DNA from: Candidatus Krumholzibacteriia bacterium
Lineage (GTDB): Bacteria; Krumholzibacteriota; Krumholzibacteriia; JAJRXK01
NCBI GenBank assembly: GCA_041484665.1
Contig: JBGPIA010000010.1
Location: forward strand, 96,001-160,000
Direction: 5' to 3'
Length of the DNA stretch: 64,000 bases
Made by a program: the position numbers and the translations under genes. Positions 1 through 9,220 of this stretch are shown piece by piece (position 1 is the stretch's first letter; each line of letters begins with the position of its first letter). The notes under the pieces are model-generated. The model worked only from the letters and a program-made list of their open reading frames with translations. It was not told where the DNA came from and ran no database searches.

Positions 1-232
1 AGGAGAGAACCCGCAGCCACCCAAAGGACGGGTCGTGCATGAGCAGCCGGACCAGCTCGCCGGCACTTCCGACACGGCCGTGGCCGCGCTCGTAGTCGAG
101 CTTGGCAAACTCGACCAGGGAACGATGGTGATGGAGCAGGGTGCTGCGCACCTCCTGAAGCGTCGTCTCGTCGGCCGGCGCGAAGCTCGGCGGCGGAGGA
201 TCGTCGTTGGAATGTCCAGGCGGGCGTGGCAT
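1..232 (-). CDS. conserved hypothetical protein, runs off the left edge
   Basis: Hand translation from ATG at 232 (GGAGG upstream): MPRPPGHSNDDPPPPSFAPADETTLQEVRSTLLHHHRSLVEFAKLDYERGHGRVGSAGELVRLLMHDPSFGWLRVLS..., open to the window edge; absent from the ORF track. Confidence 0.7.
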   Translation of the reverse strand, partial: MPRPPGHSNDDPPPPSFAPADETTLQEVRSTLLHHHRSLVEFAKLDYERGHGRVGSAGELVRLLMHDPSFGWLRVLS

Positions 233-472
233 GTCTGCCTCCGAGTCGTGCCGCGACGCGGGACCGAGTATGGCCGGTCGCGGATACGAGGGCCAGCCCG
301 GATCGTATCCACGATGAGGCAGCTGCGGGCCCGGTCGCCCGCCAAAGCGACCGCCCCGGTCCACACACCACGGCTCTGGCTGACGGCACGACACGCCGGT
401 TAGAATGGCGACCTGGGGCGAACGACGCGCGTTCGCCGGCTTCGCGGCCCTCACCTCCCACGGAGGCAGCGC

Positions 473-922
473 ATGGCGCACGAATGGCGGCGCGGCGAGT
501 ACGTCATCACGACCGATCCGGCGGAAGTGGATCTCGACGTGGTCCACGGCTTCCTCGTGCAGTGCTACTGGGCGACGGGGATTCCACGCGAGGTGGTGGC
601 GCGCTCCATCCAGCACTCGCTCAACTTCAGCCTGCGGCACGGCGACCGGCAAATCGGATTCGCCCGCGTGGTCACCGACCGCGCGAGCGTGGCCTACCTG
701 GGCGACGTGTTCGTGCTTCTGCCCTACCGTGGGCGCGGGCTGTCGAAGTGGTTGATGCAGGTCGTGGTCGAGCACCCGGACCTGCAGGGCTTGCGCCGCT
801 GGATCCTACTAACGCGCGACGCGCACGGCCTCTACGAACCGGTGGGGTTCAAGCCCCTCGCGCGCCCCGAGCGCTGGATGGAGAAGTGGGATCCGGACGT
901 CTACCAGCGCGGGGGTGGCTGA
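473..922 (+). CDS. GNAT family N-acetyltransferase
   Basis: GFARVVTD...AYLGDVFV..YRGRGLSKWL acetyl-CoA-binding motif; GGAGG RBS. Confidence 0.93.
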   Translation: MAHEWRRGEYVITTDPAEVDLDVVHGFLVQCYWATGIPREVVARSIQHSLNFSLRHGDRQIGFARVVTDRASVAYLGDVFVLLPYRGRGLSKWLMQVVVEHPDLQGLRRWILLTRDAHGLYEPVGFKPLARPERWMEKWDPDVYQRGGG

Positions 923-1086
923 AGCCGGCGCCGTGGCGCGACCCGCGAGCCGGCGAAACGGCGCGGGACTGCCGGCAAGCGGACCGAACGGGGCCCAAGC
1001 GGCTGGCCGGCACGGCGGTCTCCCGCCCGACAGGCAGACGGGCCGAGTCCCCCTGACCTACAAGCAGGCGTGCCCGGTGTGCTGAG

Positions 1087-1761
1087 CTACAGGCAGGCGT
1101 GCCCCAGGTGCGCCGACAGGATCGCCACGTCCGTGAGATTGATCAAGCCATCCGGCCAGAAATCCGCGCAGAACGAGTACGCCCCGTTGAGCGCCAGCGA
1201 GAACGGTCCGACATCGGCGAGGTTGACCAGCAGATCGCCGTTGATGTCGGGACTGTTGAGGCTCAGCGGGATGGAGGACGAGATCGTCGCGCCCATGGCG
1301 ACGACCTTGAGGTCGAGTTGCCCGCCGGCCAGCTCGTTGTGGTCGCACCCACCGCCCGGCGGCGACGCATGGGAGAAGCTGGTGAAGCCGTCGGGGTCGG
1401 TGTCGGAGTCGGCGATAGCGGTGCTCTGGCAGAATGCGAGCGTCGTCGTCGTGCTGGTCAGCCAGACATCCTGCCGGGGGATGTCGGCGCAGGGGGCTCC
1501 ATCGTGGTCGAGCAGGTGGACGACGATCCCGCTGGGCACAGTCCAAGCCGCCAGGTTCCCATCCCCGCGCGGGCAGATCCACATGGTGCCCTCGTCACTG
1601 TAGGCAGTGGAACGGACGGGATCGATCGTGCCTGCGCGGGCAACGCCTGTCAGCGCAGCACCTGTCGCCACGACGCAGGCGATCACGGCGCAGGCGGTCA
1701 CGACGCAGGCGCGCGCCAGCGCTCGGGCCGACGGGCGACGCGACCGAGGGAAGACTCGCAC
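1087..1761 (-). CDS. secreted Cys-containing protein with C-terminal dockerin/EF-hand-like repeats
   Basis: GTG after GAGGAGG; signal peptide ending ARA; paired motifs SPDINGDLLVNLADV and ADFWPDGLINLTDV. Confidence 0.75.
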   Translation of the reverse strand: MRVFPRSRRPSARALARACVVTACAVIACVVATGAALTGVARAGTIDPVRSTAYSDEGTMWICPRGDGNLAAWTVPSGIVVHLLDHDGAPCADIPRQDVWLTSTTTTLAFCQSTAIADSDTDPDGFTSFSHASPPGGGCDHNELAGGQLDLKVVAMGATISSSIPLSLNSPDINGDLLVNLADVGPFSLALNGAYSFCADFWPDGLINLTDVAILSAHLGHACL

Positions 1762-1907
1762 GGTGAGGCCTCCTCGAGGGGAACAGGGCCGCTGGGGCCG
1801 GCCGCAGGAAGGCAGGCGCGGCGGCCAAGCAGCAGAATGATGTACCGGCCCAAACGGAACGATGCGGGAGGAGGGTTTCCGCACCGAGGGAGGGTTTCGC
1901 ACGCAGG

Positions 1908-1937
1908 AGAATAGCACGCCCTGGCGCCGCCGATCAA
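1908..1937 (-). promoter_or_regulatory. putative sigma70-type promoter for the 1087..1761 gene
   Basis: TTGATC-N18-TATTCT with a TG extended -10 on the minus strand. Confidence 0.45.
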
Positions 1938-1951
1938 GACGCCGGTGGTTT

Positions 1952-2075
1952 GCGTGGTGGGTCAGTTGCCGTGACCCTCTGCGAATCTGATCATAAATAT
2001 GGTCAGATTCGCACAGGCTCGCCGCCAGCATCACCGTGTGCCCCCCTGCCAGCGATGAAAACCGGGCTCGAATTG
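1952..2075 (-). repeat. ~120-bp dispersed intergenic element with a central AT-rich palindrome, copy 1
   Basis: Reverse complement aligns closely with 55979..56121; 34-bp palindrome TGCGAATCTGATCATAAATATGGTCAGATTCGCA at 1980-2013. Confidence 0.9.
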
Positions 2076-2256
2076 ACCCGCCTTCGTGGTTTTCAGGCGC
2101 GATGATTGCCGCCTGGACTCGCCTTGCTGCAGCCCGTCATGGGGTGCGACGTCGACTGGGTCCGCTCGGGGCCCGGAACACCAGCGTGCCCGCCGCGACC
2201 CGGCATTCGCCCGTCTGCAGTTGAATTCAGCCGTCGCGAATCCGTAAGCTGCAGCG

Positions 2257-3858
2257 ATGCCCTCCTCCCTCTTCGCCCGCCTCGCCCGGCGCTTCAGCCC
2301 GCGCGTCGACGCGCTCACCCGCCGCGAGTTCTTGCGCGCGAGCCTGGCTGCGTCGGCGGGCCTCTTGCTCAGCCGTACGCTGGGCTGCGCTTCCACGGGG
2401 GGCCCTGCCGTTGGCGACCGGTCTCCAGGCGCGGGCGCCGGCGGCCGCGGCGGGACGAGTACGGCCGCCGGGCCGGGCGGGGCGTCCGGCCAGCCCGCGG
2501 GCGAGCGCCACGGCAACCCTGGCCGCGTCATCGTGGTGGGAGCGGGCTTTGCCGGGCTCGCGAGCGCCTTCGAGTTGCGCGCGGCGGGCTACGACGTGAC
2601 GGTGCTCGAGGCGCGCCGCCGCGTGGGCGGGCGCGTCCTCACCTTCCAGGACCTCGTGGCGGGCAAGGTCGTCGAGGGCGGCGGCGAGCTGATCGGCTCC
2701 AACCACCCCACTTGGGTCGACTACGCGGACCGCTTCGGCCTGCGGCTGCTCGACATCGTGGAGGACGAGGACGCGAGCGAGCCGATCGTGCTCGACGGGC
2801 GCGCGCTCACCGCGGCCGAGGCGAGCGGCCTCTACGATGAGATGGACGGGGCGCTGGCGCGCATGAACGCGGACGCCGCCGCGGTCAATGCCGAGCTCCC
2901 CTGGACCTCGCCCGGTGCCGCGGAGCTCGACCGCCGCACCGTCGCGGAGTGGATCGACGCGCTACAAGCCTCCCCGCGCTGCAAGCGCGCGATCACGGTG
3001 CAGCTCACAGCGAACAATGGAATGGCCACCGACCAGCAGAGCTATCTGGGCATGCTGGCGACGGTCAAGGGCGGCGGTCTGGAGCGCTATTGGACCGAGA
3101 GCGAGGTCTATCATTGCGCGGGCGGCAACCAGCAGCTCGCCCGGCGTCTGGCCGAAGCCGTCGGGGTGCAGCGCATCCTGCTCGAGCAGGCCGTGACGTC
3201 CATCGAGCTCGACCCCGCAGGGCAGCGACCGGCGCGCCTGGAGTGTGCGGGCGGCAAGCGCCTGCAGTCCGACGATGTGGTGCTCGCCGTTCCGCCGAGC
3301 ACCTGGGCGAAGATCCACATCACCCCGCCGCTGCCCGACGCGCTGCGGCCCCAGATGGGCGTCAGCATCAAGTATCTGGCGGCCGTACGCTCGCGCTTCT
3401 GGCGTGCGCTGGGCCTCTCGCCCGAGGCGCTCAGCGACGGCGACGTGTGCATGACGTGGGAGCCGACCAACAACCAGCCCGGCGACGAGGGCGCCGCGCT
3501 GGTCGCCTTCAGCAGCGGTCCCGCCGCGCAGCGCATCCGCGCGCGGGCTGCGCAGGAGCGCCGCGACCGCTACGGAAACGACCTGGAGGCGCTCTACTCG
3601 GGCTTCCGCGCGCAGCTGATCGCCGATCGCTTCATGGACTGGCCGGCCGATCCGTGGACGCTTGCCGGCTACTCGTTCCCCGCGCCCGGGCAGGTCACCG
3701 CGCTGGGACCGTTGCTGGCGTCACCGCTGCTCGGGCACCTTCATGTCGCCGGAGAGCACGCGTGCCTGCGCTTCGCCGGGTACATGGAGGGGGCTCTCAG
3801 CTCGGGGGCGGCGGTCGCGCGGGCCCTCGCCCGGCGCGATGGCGTCGCGACCGGATAG
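2257..3858 (+). CDS. flavin monoamine/amino-acid oxidase family, Tat-exported
   Basis: TRREFL Tat motif, [13 protein letters not shown] motif, [10 protein letters not shown]-terminal [14 protein letters not shown]. Confidence 0.9.
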   Translation: MPSSLFARLARRFSPRVDALTRREFLRASLAASAGLLLSRTLGCASTGGPAVGDRSPGAGAGGRGGTSTAAGPGGASGQPAGERHGNPGRVIVVGAGFAGLASAFELRAAGYDVTVLEARRRVGGRVLTFQDLVAGKVVEGGGELIGSNHPTWVDYADRFGLRLLDIVEDEDASEPIVLDGRALTAAEASGLYDEMDGALARMNADAAAVNAELPWTSPGAAELDRRTVAEWIDALQASPRCKRAITVQLTANNGMATDQQSYLGMLATVKGGGLERYWTESEVYHCAGGNQQLARRLAEAVGVQRILLEQAVTSIELDPAGQRPARLECAGGKRLQSDDVVLAVPPSTWAKIHITPPLPDALRPQMGVSIKYLAAVRSRFWRALGLSPEALSDGDVCMTWEPTNNQPGDEGAALVAFSSGPAAQRIRARAAQERRDRYGNDLEALYSGFRAQLIADRFMDWPADPWTLAGYSFPAPGQVTALGPLLASPLLGHLHVAGEHACLRFAGYMEGALSSGAAVARALARRDGVATG

Positions 3859-3985
3859 CAGCTCGCCCGTATGGATCGGGAAGGTCGGTAGGACGCGCAT
3901 GGCGCGCCGCGAGCCACGCAGCGGCAGGCGGGCGCCGACGATCCCGCTTGAGACCCCAGCCAGCGCGATCTAGGCTGGGGCGCGG

Positions 3986-5659
3986 ATGAAACGAAACGCA
4001 GGCGCCCAGCCCTTTGACTCCACGGGAGACCGCTTCATCCCGGCTCTCCTGCTGGTCTTCGCGTTCCTCACCCGCGCTGCCTTCTGGAATCGCTTCGGGA
4101 GCGGCGACGCGGACTCGATGGTCGTTGCAGCCGGGATGGCGCGCAGCCTCTCCCCGGGCGTCTCCTTCGCAGATTCGCTGTTGTACGGCCGCCAGATCAG
4201 CCCCGGCATGTACCTGCTGTTTCGCGCCGTCGCGCCCTGGTTCGCCGGGCGGCCGGACCACGTGCTTCCCGTCCTGAACGCGTTCGGGCTGTTGGCGGGG
4301 ACCGCGCTGGCGTGGCCGCTCTACGCGTTTTACCGCCGCTGGTTCGCGCCGGCCGTCGCCGCGGGCTGCACGGTCCTCGTGCTCACGGCACCTTTGGTCT
4401 GGGAGGTGGGGACCTACTTCCACCCGGTGGTCCCGGCTATGCTGCTCCTGCTGCTGTGCCTGATGACCGCGGAGCGGATCGCGCGCACGCCGCGCGGCAT
4501 TGCCTGCGGGCTGTTGACGCTGGCGCTGGGAACGGCGGCCCTGCTCTTGCGCGCAGAGGTCGCCCTGGCGCTGCCCGCGCTGGTCTTCTGGGCCCTGCGC
4601 TCCACACGCGCTCGCCGCAACCTCCTGCTGCTCTGCGGCCTGACGGCGATCGCGGGCGCCGCGTTCTATACCATCGTCCACGCCCTCGCGGCGGGAGCGA
4701 CCGGCCGTCCCACCACCCTCGCGGACTACGTGCGCGACTTCGCGCAGTCCTATTTCAGGATGCGCCCTCTGCGGCGCACCCTGTTCTGGTCGATCCTGGC
4801 CATCGGAATGGGAAACCTGCTGCTCGCTGCGCTGGGGCTTGCGCGAGCGCGCCGCCGAGAGGCTGCCCCTCACGCCCCTGGCGCACGAGCCACCGGCGAT
4901 GCCGGCTCCGGCGCGTACAGCGTCTCTGGAGCGCCCACCGGGTCCGGCCGGACTCCCGACGCGCCCTCGCCTTCGGATCTCGGCCCGGCGCTGCTTTGGG
5001 CCTTTGTGCCTGTCGTTTTCTGGTTCCCCAATCCGGTCTTTCTCATGCGTCACTTCCTGCTGGTCGTACCCGCTGTCGCGTGGATCGTGGGTGAGACCCT
5101 GCTCGCGCATTCGCGGGTGCGATGGCTGGCGCTGTGGATCGCGGTCGCGGCGGTGGGAAATGTGACCGTTCCCGAAGTCGTGTACGGCGTCGCCCATCGT
5201 GTGCAGGCCGGGTCGGCGCGGTGGCCGCACGGGAGCTTCTTCTCCCATCATCGAGCGATGACCAGGAGCGCTGCGCGCTCCTGCCAGCTCGTCGCGCAGC
5301 TCGAACGGCTCGCGAGCGGGCGTACCGCTGCGGGGGATCGCACGGCCGCTCCGCTGCGGATGCTGGTACAGGCGAGCTGGGGGGCGTACGGCTACGTCCT
5401 ATACGGGATGGCGACGGCTGATGTACCTTGGGAATCGTGTCCAGATGGTCCTGTGGATCCCTTGCTGCCGCTGCAATGCTTCCGTCGCGGCAACTCGCAG
5501 CTTGGGCTCCTCTTGGCCAACGAGGAGTTCGATCGGCCGCTCCTGGGCGCCGCCTTTGAGCGGGCGCGGGCGGATCACCTGCTGCTGGTGATCTCGGAGG
5601 AGGCCGCTGCCGCGCTCGGATTGGGGCCCGCCGAGCGCGCCGAGTCGTTCATCTACTGA
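3986..5659 (+). CDS. polytopic membrane protein, possibly GT-C (ArnT/PMT-like) glycosyltransferase
   Basis: About 10 hydrophobic segments, acidic DxD after the first helix, C-terminal soluble region. Confidence 0.6.
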   Translation: MKRNAGAQPFDSTGDRFIPALLLVFAFLTRAAFWNRFGSGDADSMVVAAGMARSLSPGVSFADSLLYGRQISPGMYLLFRAVAPWFAGRPDHVLPVLNAFGLLAGTALAWPLYAFYRRWFAPAVAAGCTVLVLTAPLVWEVGTYFHPVVPAMLLLLLCLMTAERIARTPRGIACGLLTLALGTAALLLRAEVALALPALVFWALRSTRARRNLLLLCGLTAIAGAAFYTIVHALAAGATGRPTTLADYVRDFAQSYFRMRPLRRTLFWSILAIGMGNLLLAALGLARARRREAAPHAPGARATGDAGSGAYSVSGAPTGSGRTPDAPSPSDLGPALLWAFVPVVFWFPNPVFLMRHFLLVVPAVAWIVGETLLAHSRVRWLALWIAVAAVGNVTVPEVVYGVAHRVQAGSARWPHGSFFSHHRAMTRSAARSCQLVAQLERLASGRTAAGDRTAAPLRMLVQASWGAYGYVLYGMATADVPWESCPDGPVDPLLPLQCFRRGNSQLGLLLANEEFDRPLLGAAFERARADHLLLVISEEAAAALGLGPAERAESFIY

Positions 5660-5996
5660 GCGTCCTGTTGGATTCGCCCGCCCTTGCGGACCGGCCGGGC
5701 CGGACCGGCCGGGCCGTCGACAGAGAGAGCGCGCCTCCCAGAACTGTGATCTCGGGCTGGCGCTCCCTTCCCCGGTGACAATCTTTCCCTAGAGGGGTGC
5801 CCGGAGGGGCGCCCGCTGGTCCCGCACCGGGCTGCGCCGTCCCTCACGCTCCGTCGCCGGGGCACCCCGCGTGCCCGGCCGGTGGCCGGCGGGGGGCGGA
5901 TCCCCTGCGCGAGCACGGCCGACCCGGAGCTCGAGGCGCAACGATCCATCGACCGGGGCGGCGGTCCAGCACCGGCCTCCCAAGGACAGCGCGAGC

Positions 5997-8060
5997 ATGC
6001 TGCGCAAACCCAGCTGGAGCCGTTCGCCTTCCCCGCTGGCATCGCTTTGCTGCGCCGTCCTGGTCGCCGGCAGCGTCGGCTCCGCCTGGGCCCAGGAGAA
6101 CGCCGACTGCCTGGCCTGCCACGGCGACAAGGATCTCACCACCACCCGAAAAGGCAGCACGGTTTCGCTGTACGTCTCCGAGCAGCACTTCGGCCAGTCC
6201 GCCCATGGCAGCTTGACGTGCGTGTCCTGCCACGCCGATCTCGACGGCAAGGAGGTCCCCCACAACGTGCCGCTGGCCCGGGTGGAGTGCGGGACGTGCC
6301 ACGCGATCGAGGCCGCGCAGCACGCCAAGTCGCTCCACGGCAAGGCGATCGCCCGCGGCGACTCGCTCGCGCCGCGCTGCGTGGACTGTCACGGCAACCA
6401 CGACATCCTTCCGGTGGGGGATCCGGGCTCGGCCGTCGCGCCGCTGCGCGTGCCGTTCGTGTGCGGCAGGTGCCACCAGGAGGGCAGCCCGGTCACGCGC
6501 AGTCGCGCGATCCACCAGGACCACATCCTGGAGAACTACTCCGAGAGCATCCATGGTGAGGGACTGCTGAAGAAGGGGCTGATCGTGGCGGCCACCTGCG
6601 CCTCGTGCCACACGGCCCACTCGATCCTGCCCCACACCGATCCGGCCTCTTCCATCGCGCGGCAGAACATCGCCAAGACCTGCACGAAGTGCCACGCGCT
6701 GATCGAGCAGGTGCACCGCAAGGTCATCAAGGGTGAGCTCTGGGAGAAAGAGGCGCATGTCCTGCCCGCTTGCGTCGACTGCCATCCCCCGCACAAGGTC
6801 CGCAAGGTCTTCTACGACCAGGGCATGGCCGACGCCGACTGCATGCGCTGCCACCAGGATCCCGCCCTGAGGGCTTCCCAGGACGGGCGATCGTTGTTCG
6901 TGGCCATCGAGGAGGTCCAGCAGTCACGGCACGCAAAGGTGACTTGCTCGCAGTGCCACTCCGGCGTGAACGCCTCGCGTCTGCGGCCGTGCGAAACGAT
7001 CACGGCAAAGGTGGATTGTGCGTCCTGCCACGCCGACCAGGGACAGCTGTACCAGAAGAGCATCCATGGCGTGCTGCTGGGCCAGAACGACCCCAACGCC
7101 CCCAGCTGCAAGGAGTGCCACGGCCGCCACGGCATCCTGGGGCGGCTGAATCCGGCTTCCCCGACGTTTGCCACCAATATCCCGAACCTCTGCGCCCGCT
7201 GTCACCGCGAAGGGGAGAAGGCGGCGGTCCGCTATAAGGGGCCCGAGCACGAGATCATTGCGAGCTACACCGAGAGCATCCACGGCAAGGGCCTGCTCAA
7301 GAGCGGCCTGACCGTCACCGCCACCTGCACGAGTTGCCATACGGCCCACAGCGTGCTGCCGCGGACCGATCCGGCCTCCACTGTGAACCGCAAGAACGTG
7401 CCCGCTACCTGCGGCGGCTGTCACCATGGGATCGAAGAGGCGTTCGAGCAGAGCGTCCACGCCACGATGGTGGGCAAGACGGACAAGGACCTGCCGGTCT
7501 GCAACGACTGCCACACTTCCCACACCATCCAGCGGGCCGACGCCACCGGCTTCAAGCTCGAGATCATGAACAAGTGCGGCAAGTGCCATGGCGAGATCGC
7601 AAAGACCTACTTCGACACGTACCACGGCAAGGTGTCGCAGCTGGGCTATACGAAGACCGCCAAGTGCTTCGACTGCCACGGGGCCCACGACATCCAGAAG
7701 GTGACCGATCCCCGCTCCCATCTGAGCCGCGCGAACGTGGTCCAGACCTGCCAGAAGTGCCACTCGGGCGCCACGCGGCGCTTCGCCGGGTATCTGACCC
7801 ACGCGACCCACCACGATCCGAAGAAGTACCCGATCCTGTTCTGGGCCTTCTGGGGGATGACGACCCTGCTGGTGGGAACGTTCTTCGTGAGCGGAGTGCA
7901 CACGCTGCTGTGGATCCCGCGCGCGGTGCAGATGCGCCGTGAGTTGCGGGCCGCCGAGGCCGAGGCCGCCGCCGAGATCGCCGCTGCGCGCGCCGTCCCG
8001 GCGGCCGGGGCGCGCGGGACGCCCGCCGGGGAGAACGCGCCGAAGGAGGACGCGCCATGA
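5997..8060 (+). CDS. multihaem cytochrome c, 19 CxxCH, with signal peptide and C-terminal membrane anchor
   Basis: 19 CxxCH motifs counted; AWA signal cleavage site; hydrophobic helix ILFWAFWGMTTLLVGTFFVSGV. Confidence 0.95.
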   Translation: MLRKPSWSRSPSPLASLCCAVLVAGSVGSAWAQENADCLACHGDKDLTTTRKGSTVSLYVSEQHFGQSAHGSLTCVSCHADLDGKEVPHNVPLARVECGTCHAIEAAQHAKSLHGKAIARGDSLAPRCVDCHGNHDILPVGDPGSAVAPLRVPFVCGRCHQEGSPVTRSRAIHQDHILENYSESIHGEGLLKKGLIVAATCASCHTAHSILPHTDPASSIARQNIAKTCTKCHALIEQVHRKVIKGELWEKEAHVLPACVDCHPPHKVRKVFYDQGMADADCMRCHQDPALRASQDGRSLFVAIEEVQQSRHAKVTCSQCHSGVNASRLRPCETITAKVDCASCHADQGQLYQKSIHGVLLGQNDPNAPSCKECHGRHGILGRLNPASPTFATNIPNLCARCHREGEKAAVRYKGPEHEIIASYTESIHGKGLLKSGLTVTATCTSCHTAHSVLPRTDPASTVNRKNVPATCGGCHHGIEEAFEQSVHATMVGKTDKDLPVCNDCHTSHTIQRADATGFKLEIMNKCGKCHGEIAKTYFDTYHGKVSQLGYTKTAKCFDCHGAHDIQKVTDPRSHLSRANVVQTCQKCHSGATRRFAGYLTHATHHDPKKYPILFWAFWGMTTLLVGTFFVSGVHTLLWIPRAVQMRRELRAAEAEAAAEIAAARAVPAAGARGTPAGENAPKEDAP

Positions 8061-8953
8061 CGGATGTTGGTCGGCCCGGTGCTGGCCCCGCTGGCGCGTC
8101 GGCCGTGCGCACGAGCACCCACACCCACGAGCTGCAGTTTTGCCGCTTTACCCCGCTCTACCGGACTCTCCACGTGCTGATGATCGTGAGCTTCATGTCG
8201 CTGGCCCTCACCGGGCTGACGCTGAAGTTCTCGTACACCGGTTGGGCGGGAGCGATCTCGCGCTTGCTGGGCGGGTTCCAGACGGCAGGTTACGTCCACC
8301 GCACGGCGGCAACGCTCATGGTGGGCATCTTCGTGACCCACCTCACCGATCTCGCGCGGCGCAAGAGCCGCAAGGGCGGCTCGTGGCGGGCGCTGATCCT
8401 CGGCCCCGACTCCATGCTCTTCAACAAGAAGGACCTGCACGACTTCGGGGCGACGATCCGGTGGTTCGTGGGCGCCGGGTCGCGGCCACGCTACGGACGA
8501 TGGACGTACTGGGAGAAGTTCGACTACTTCGCGGTCTTCTGGGGGATCTTCGTGATCGGCTCCACGGGCTTTGCGCTGTGGTTCCCCGTCTTCTTTACGC
8601 GGTTCCTGCCTGGATGGTCCATCAACGTGGCCACCATCATCCACAGCGACGAGGCGTTGCTCGCCACCGGGTTCATCTTCACGGTGCACTTCTTCAACAC
8701 CCACCTGCGGCCCGAGAAGTTCCCCATGGACACCGTGATCTTCACGGGGCGGATGAATCTGGAGGAGTTCAAGCGGGACAAGCCGGCGGAGTACGAGCAG
8801 CTCGTCGCCAGCGGCCAGCTCGAGCGCCACCTCGTGGATCCGTACCCACCGGTGGTCATCCGCGCCATCCGCGCGTTCGCCTGGACCGCCCTCTCCCTCG
8901 GGTTTGCCATGGTGGTCTGGATCATCTACGCGATGCTGTTCGTCTATCGGTGA
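8057..8953 (+). CDS. cytochrome b (FdnI/CbcL membrane-domain-like)
   Basis: ATGA overlap with the cytochrome c gene; TM helices with His ligands LHVL, YVHR, IIHSDEA, TVHFF; RWTYWEKFDY motif. Confidence 0.9.
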   Translation: MTDVGRPGAGPAGASAVRTSTHTHELQFCRFTPLYRTLHVLMIVSFMSLALTGLTLKFSYTGWAGAISRLLGGFQTAGYVHRTAATLMVGIFVTHLTDLARRKSRKGGSWRALILGPDSMLFNKKDLHDFGATIRWFVGAGSRPRYGRWTYWEKFDYFAVFWGIFVIGSTGFALWFPVFFTRFLPGWSINVATIIHSDEALLATGFIFTVHFFNTHLRPEKFPMDTVIFTGRMNLEEFKRDKPAEYEQLVASGQLERHLVDPYPPVVIRAIRAFAWTALSLGFAMVVWIIYAMLFVYR

Positions 8954-9220
8954 AGCCCGTGCGCCGGGGGCCAACCCGCGGACCCCCGGCCAGCCGGCCG
9001 CCACGTTCCCGCTCAAGAACCCCGGCGTCACCGGCGGGCCGCGCTTGGTTGCCTGCTGCGGTTGCGCTAGTGTCGGTCCAGAGGCGCACGCACCCACGGC
9101 GCTCCCCAAACCGGTCGCCTGCGAACCGGGCGGCCACCGGCTGCTGCGCGTCGAGTCCCTGGCCGACGATGACGGCGCGGCATTCCGCTGACTTCCCAAT
9201 CCGGATCTTGGAGCTTTGAA

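Noticed and set aside
473..922. GNAT as the missing ArgA
   Set aside because: Generic GNAT more than 30 kb away, with no ARG box or ArgA-specific features; not strictly excluded
1762..2034. Shared peptide [22 protein letters not shown] in two ORF translations
   Set aside because: Explained by the DNA-level repeat; the palindrome and position argue against coding
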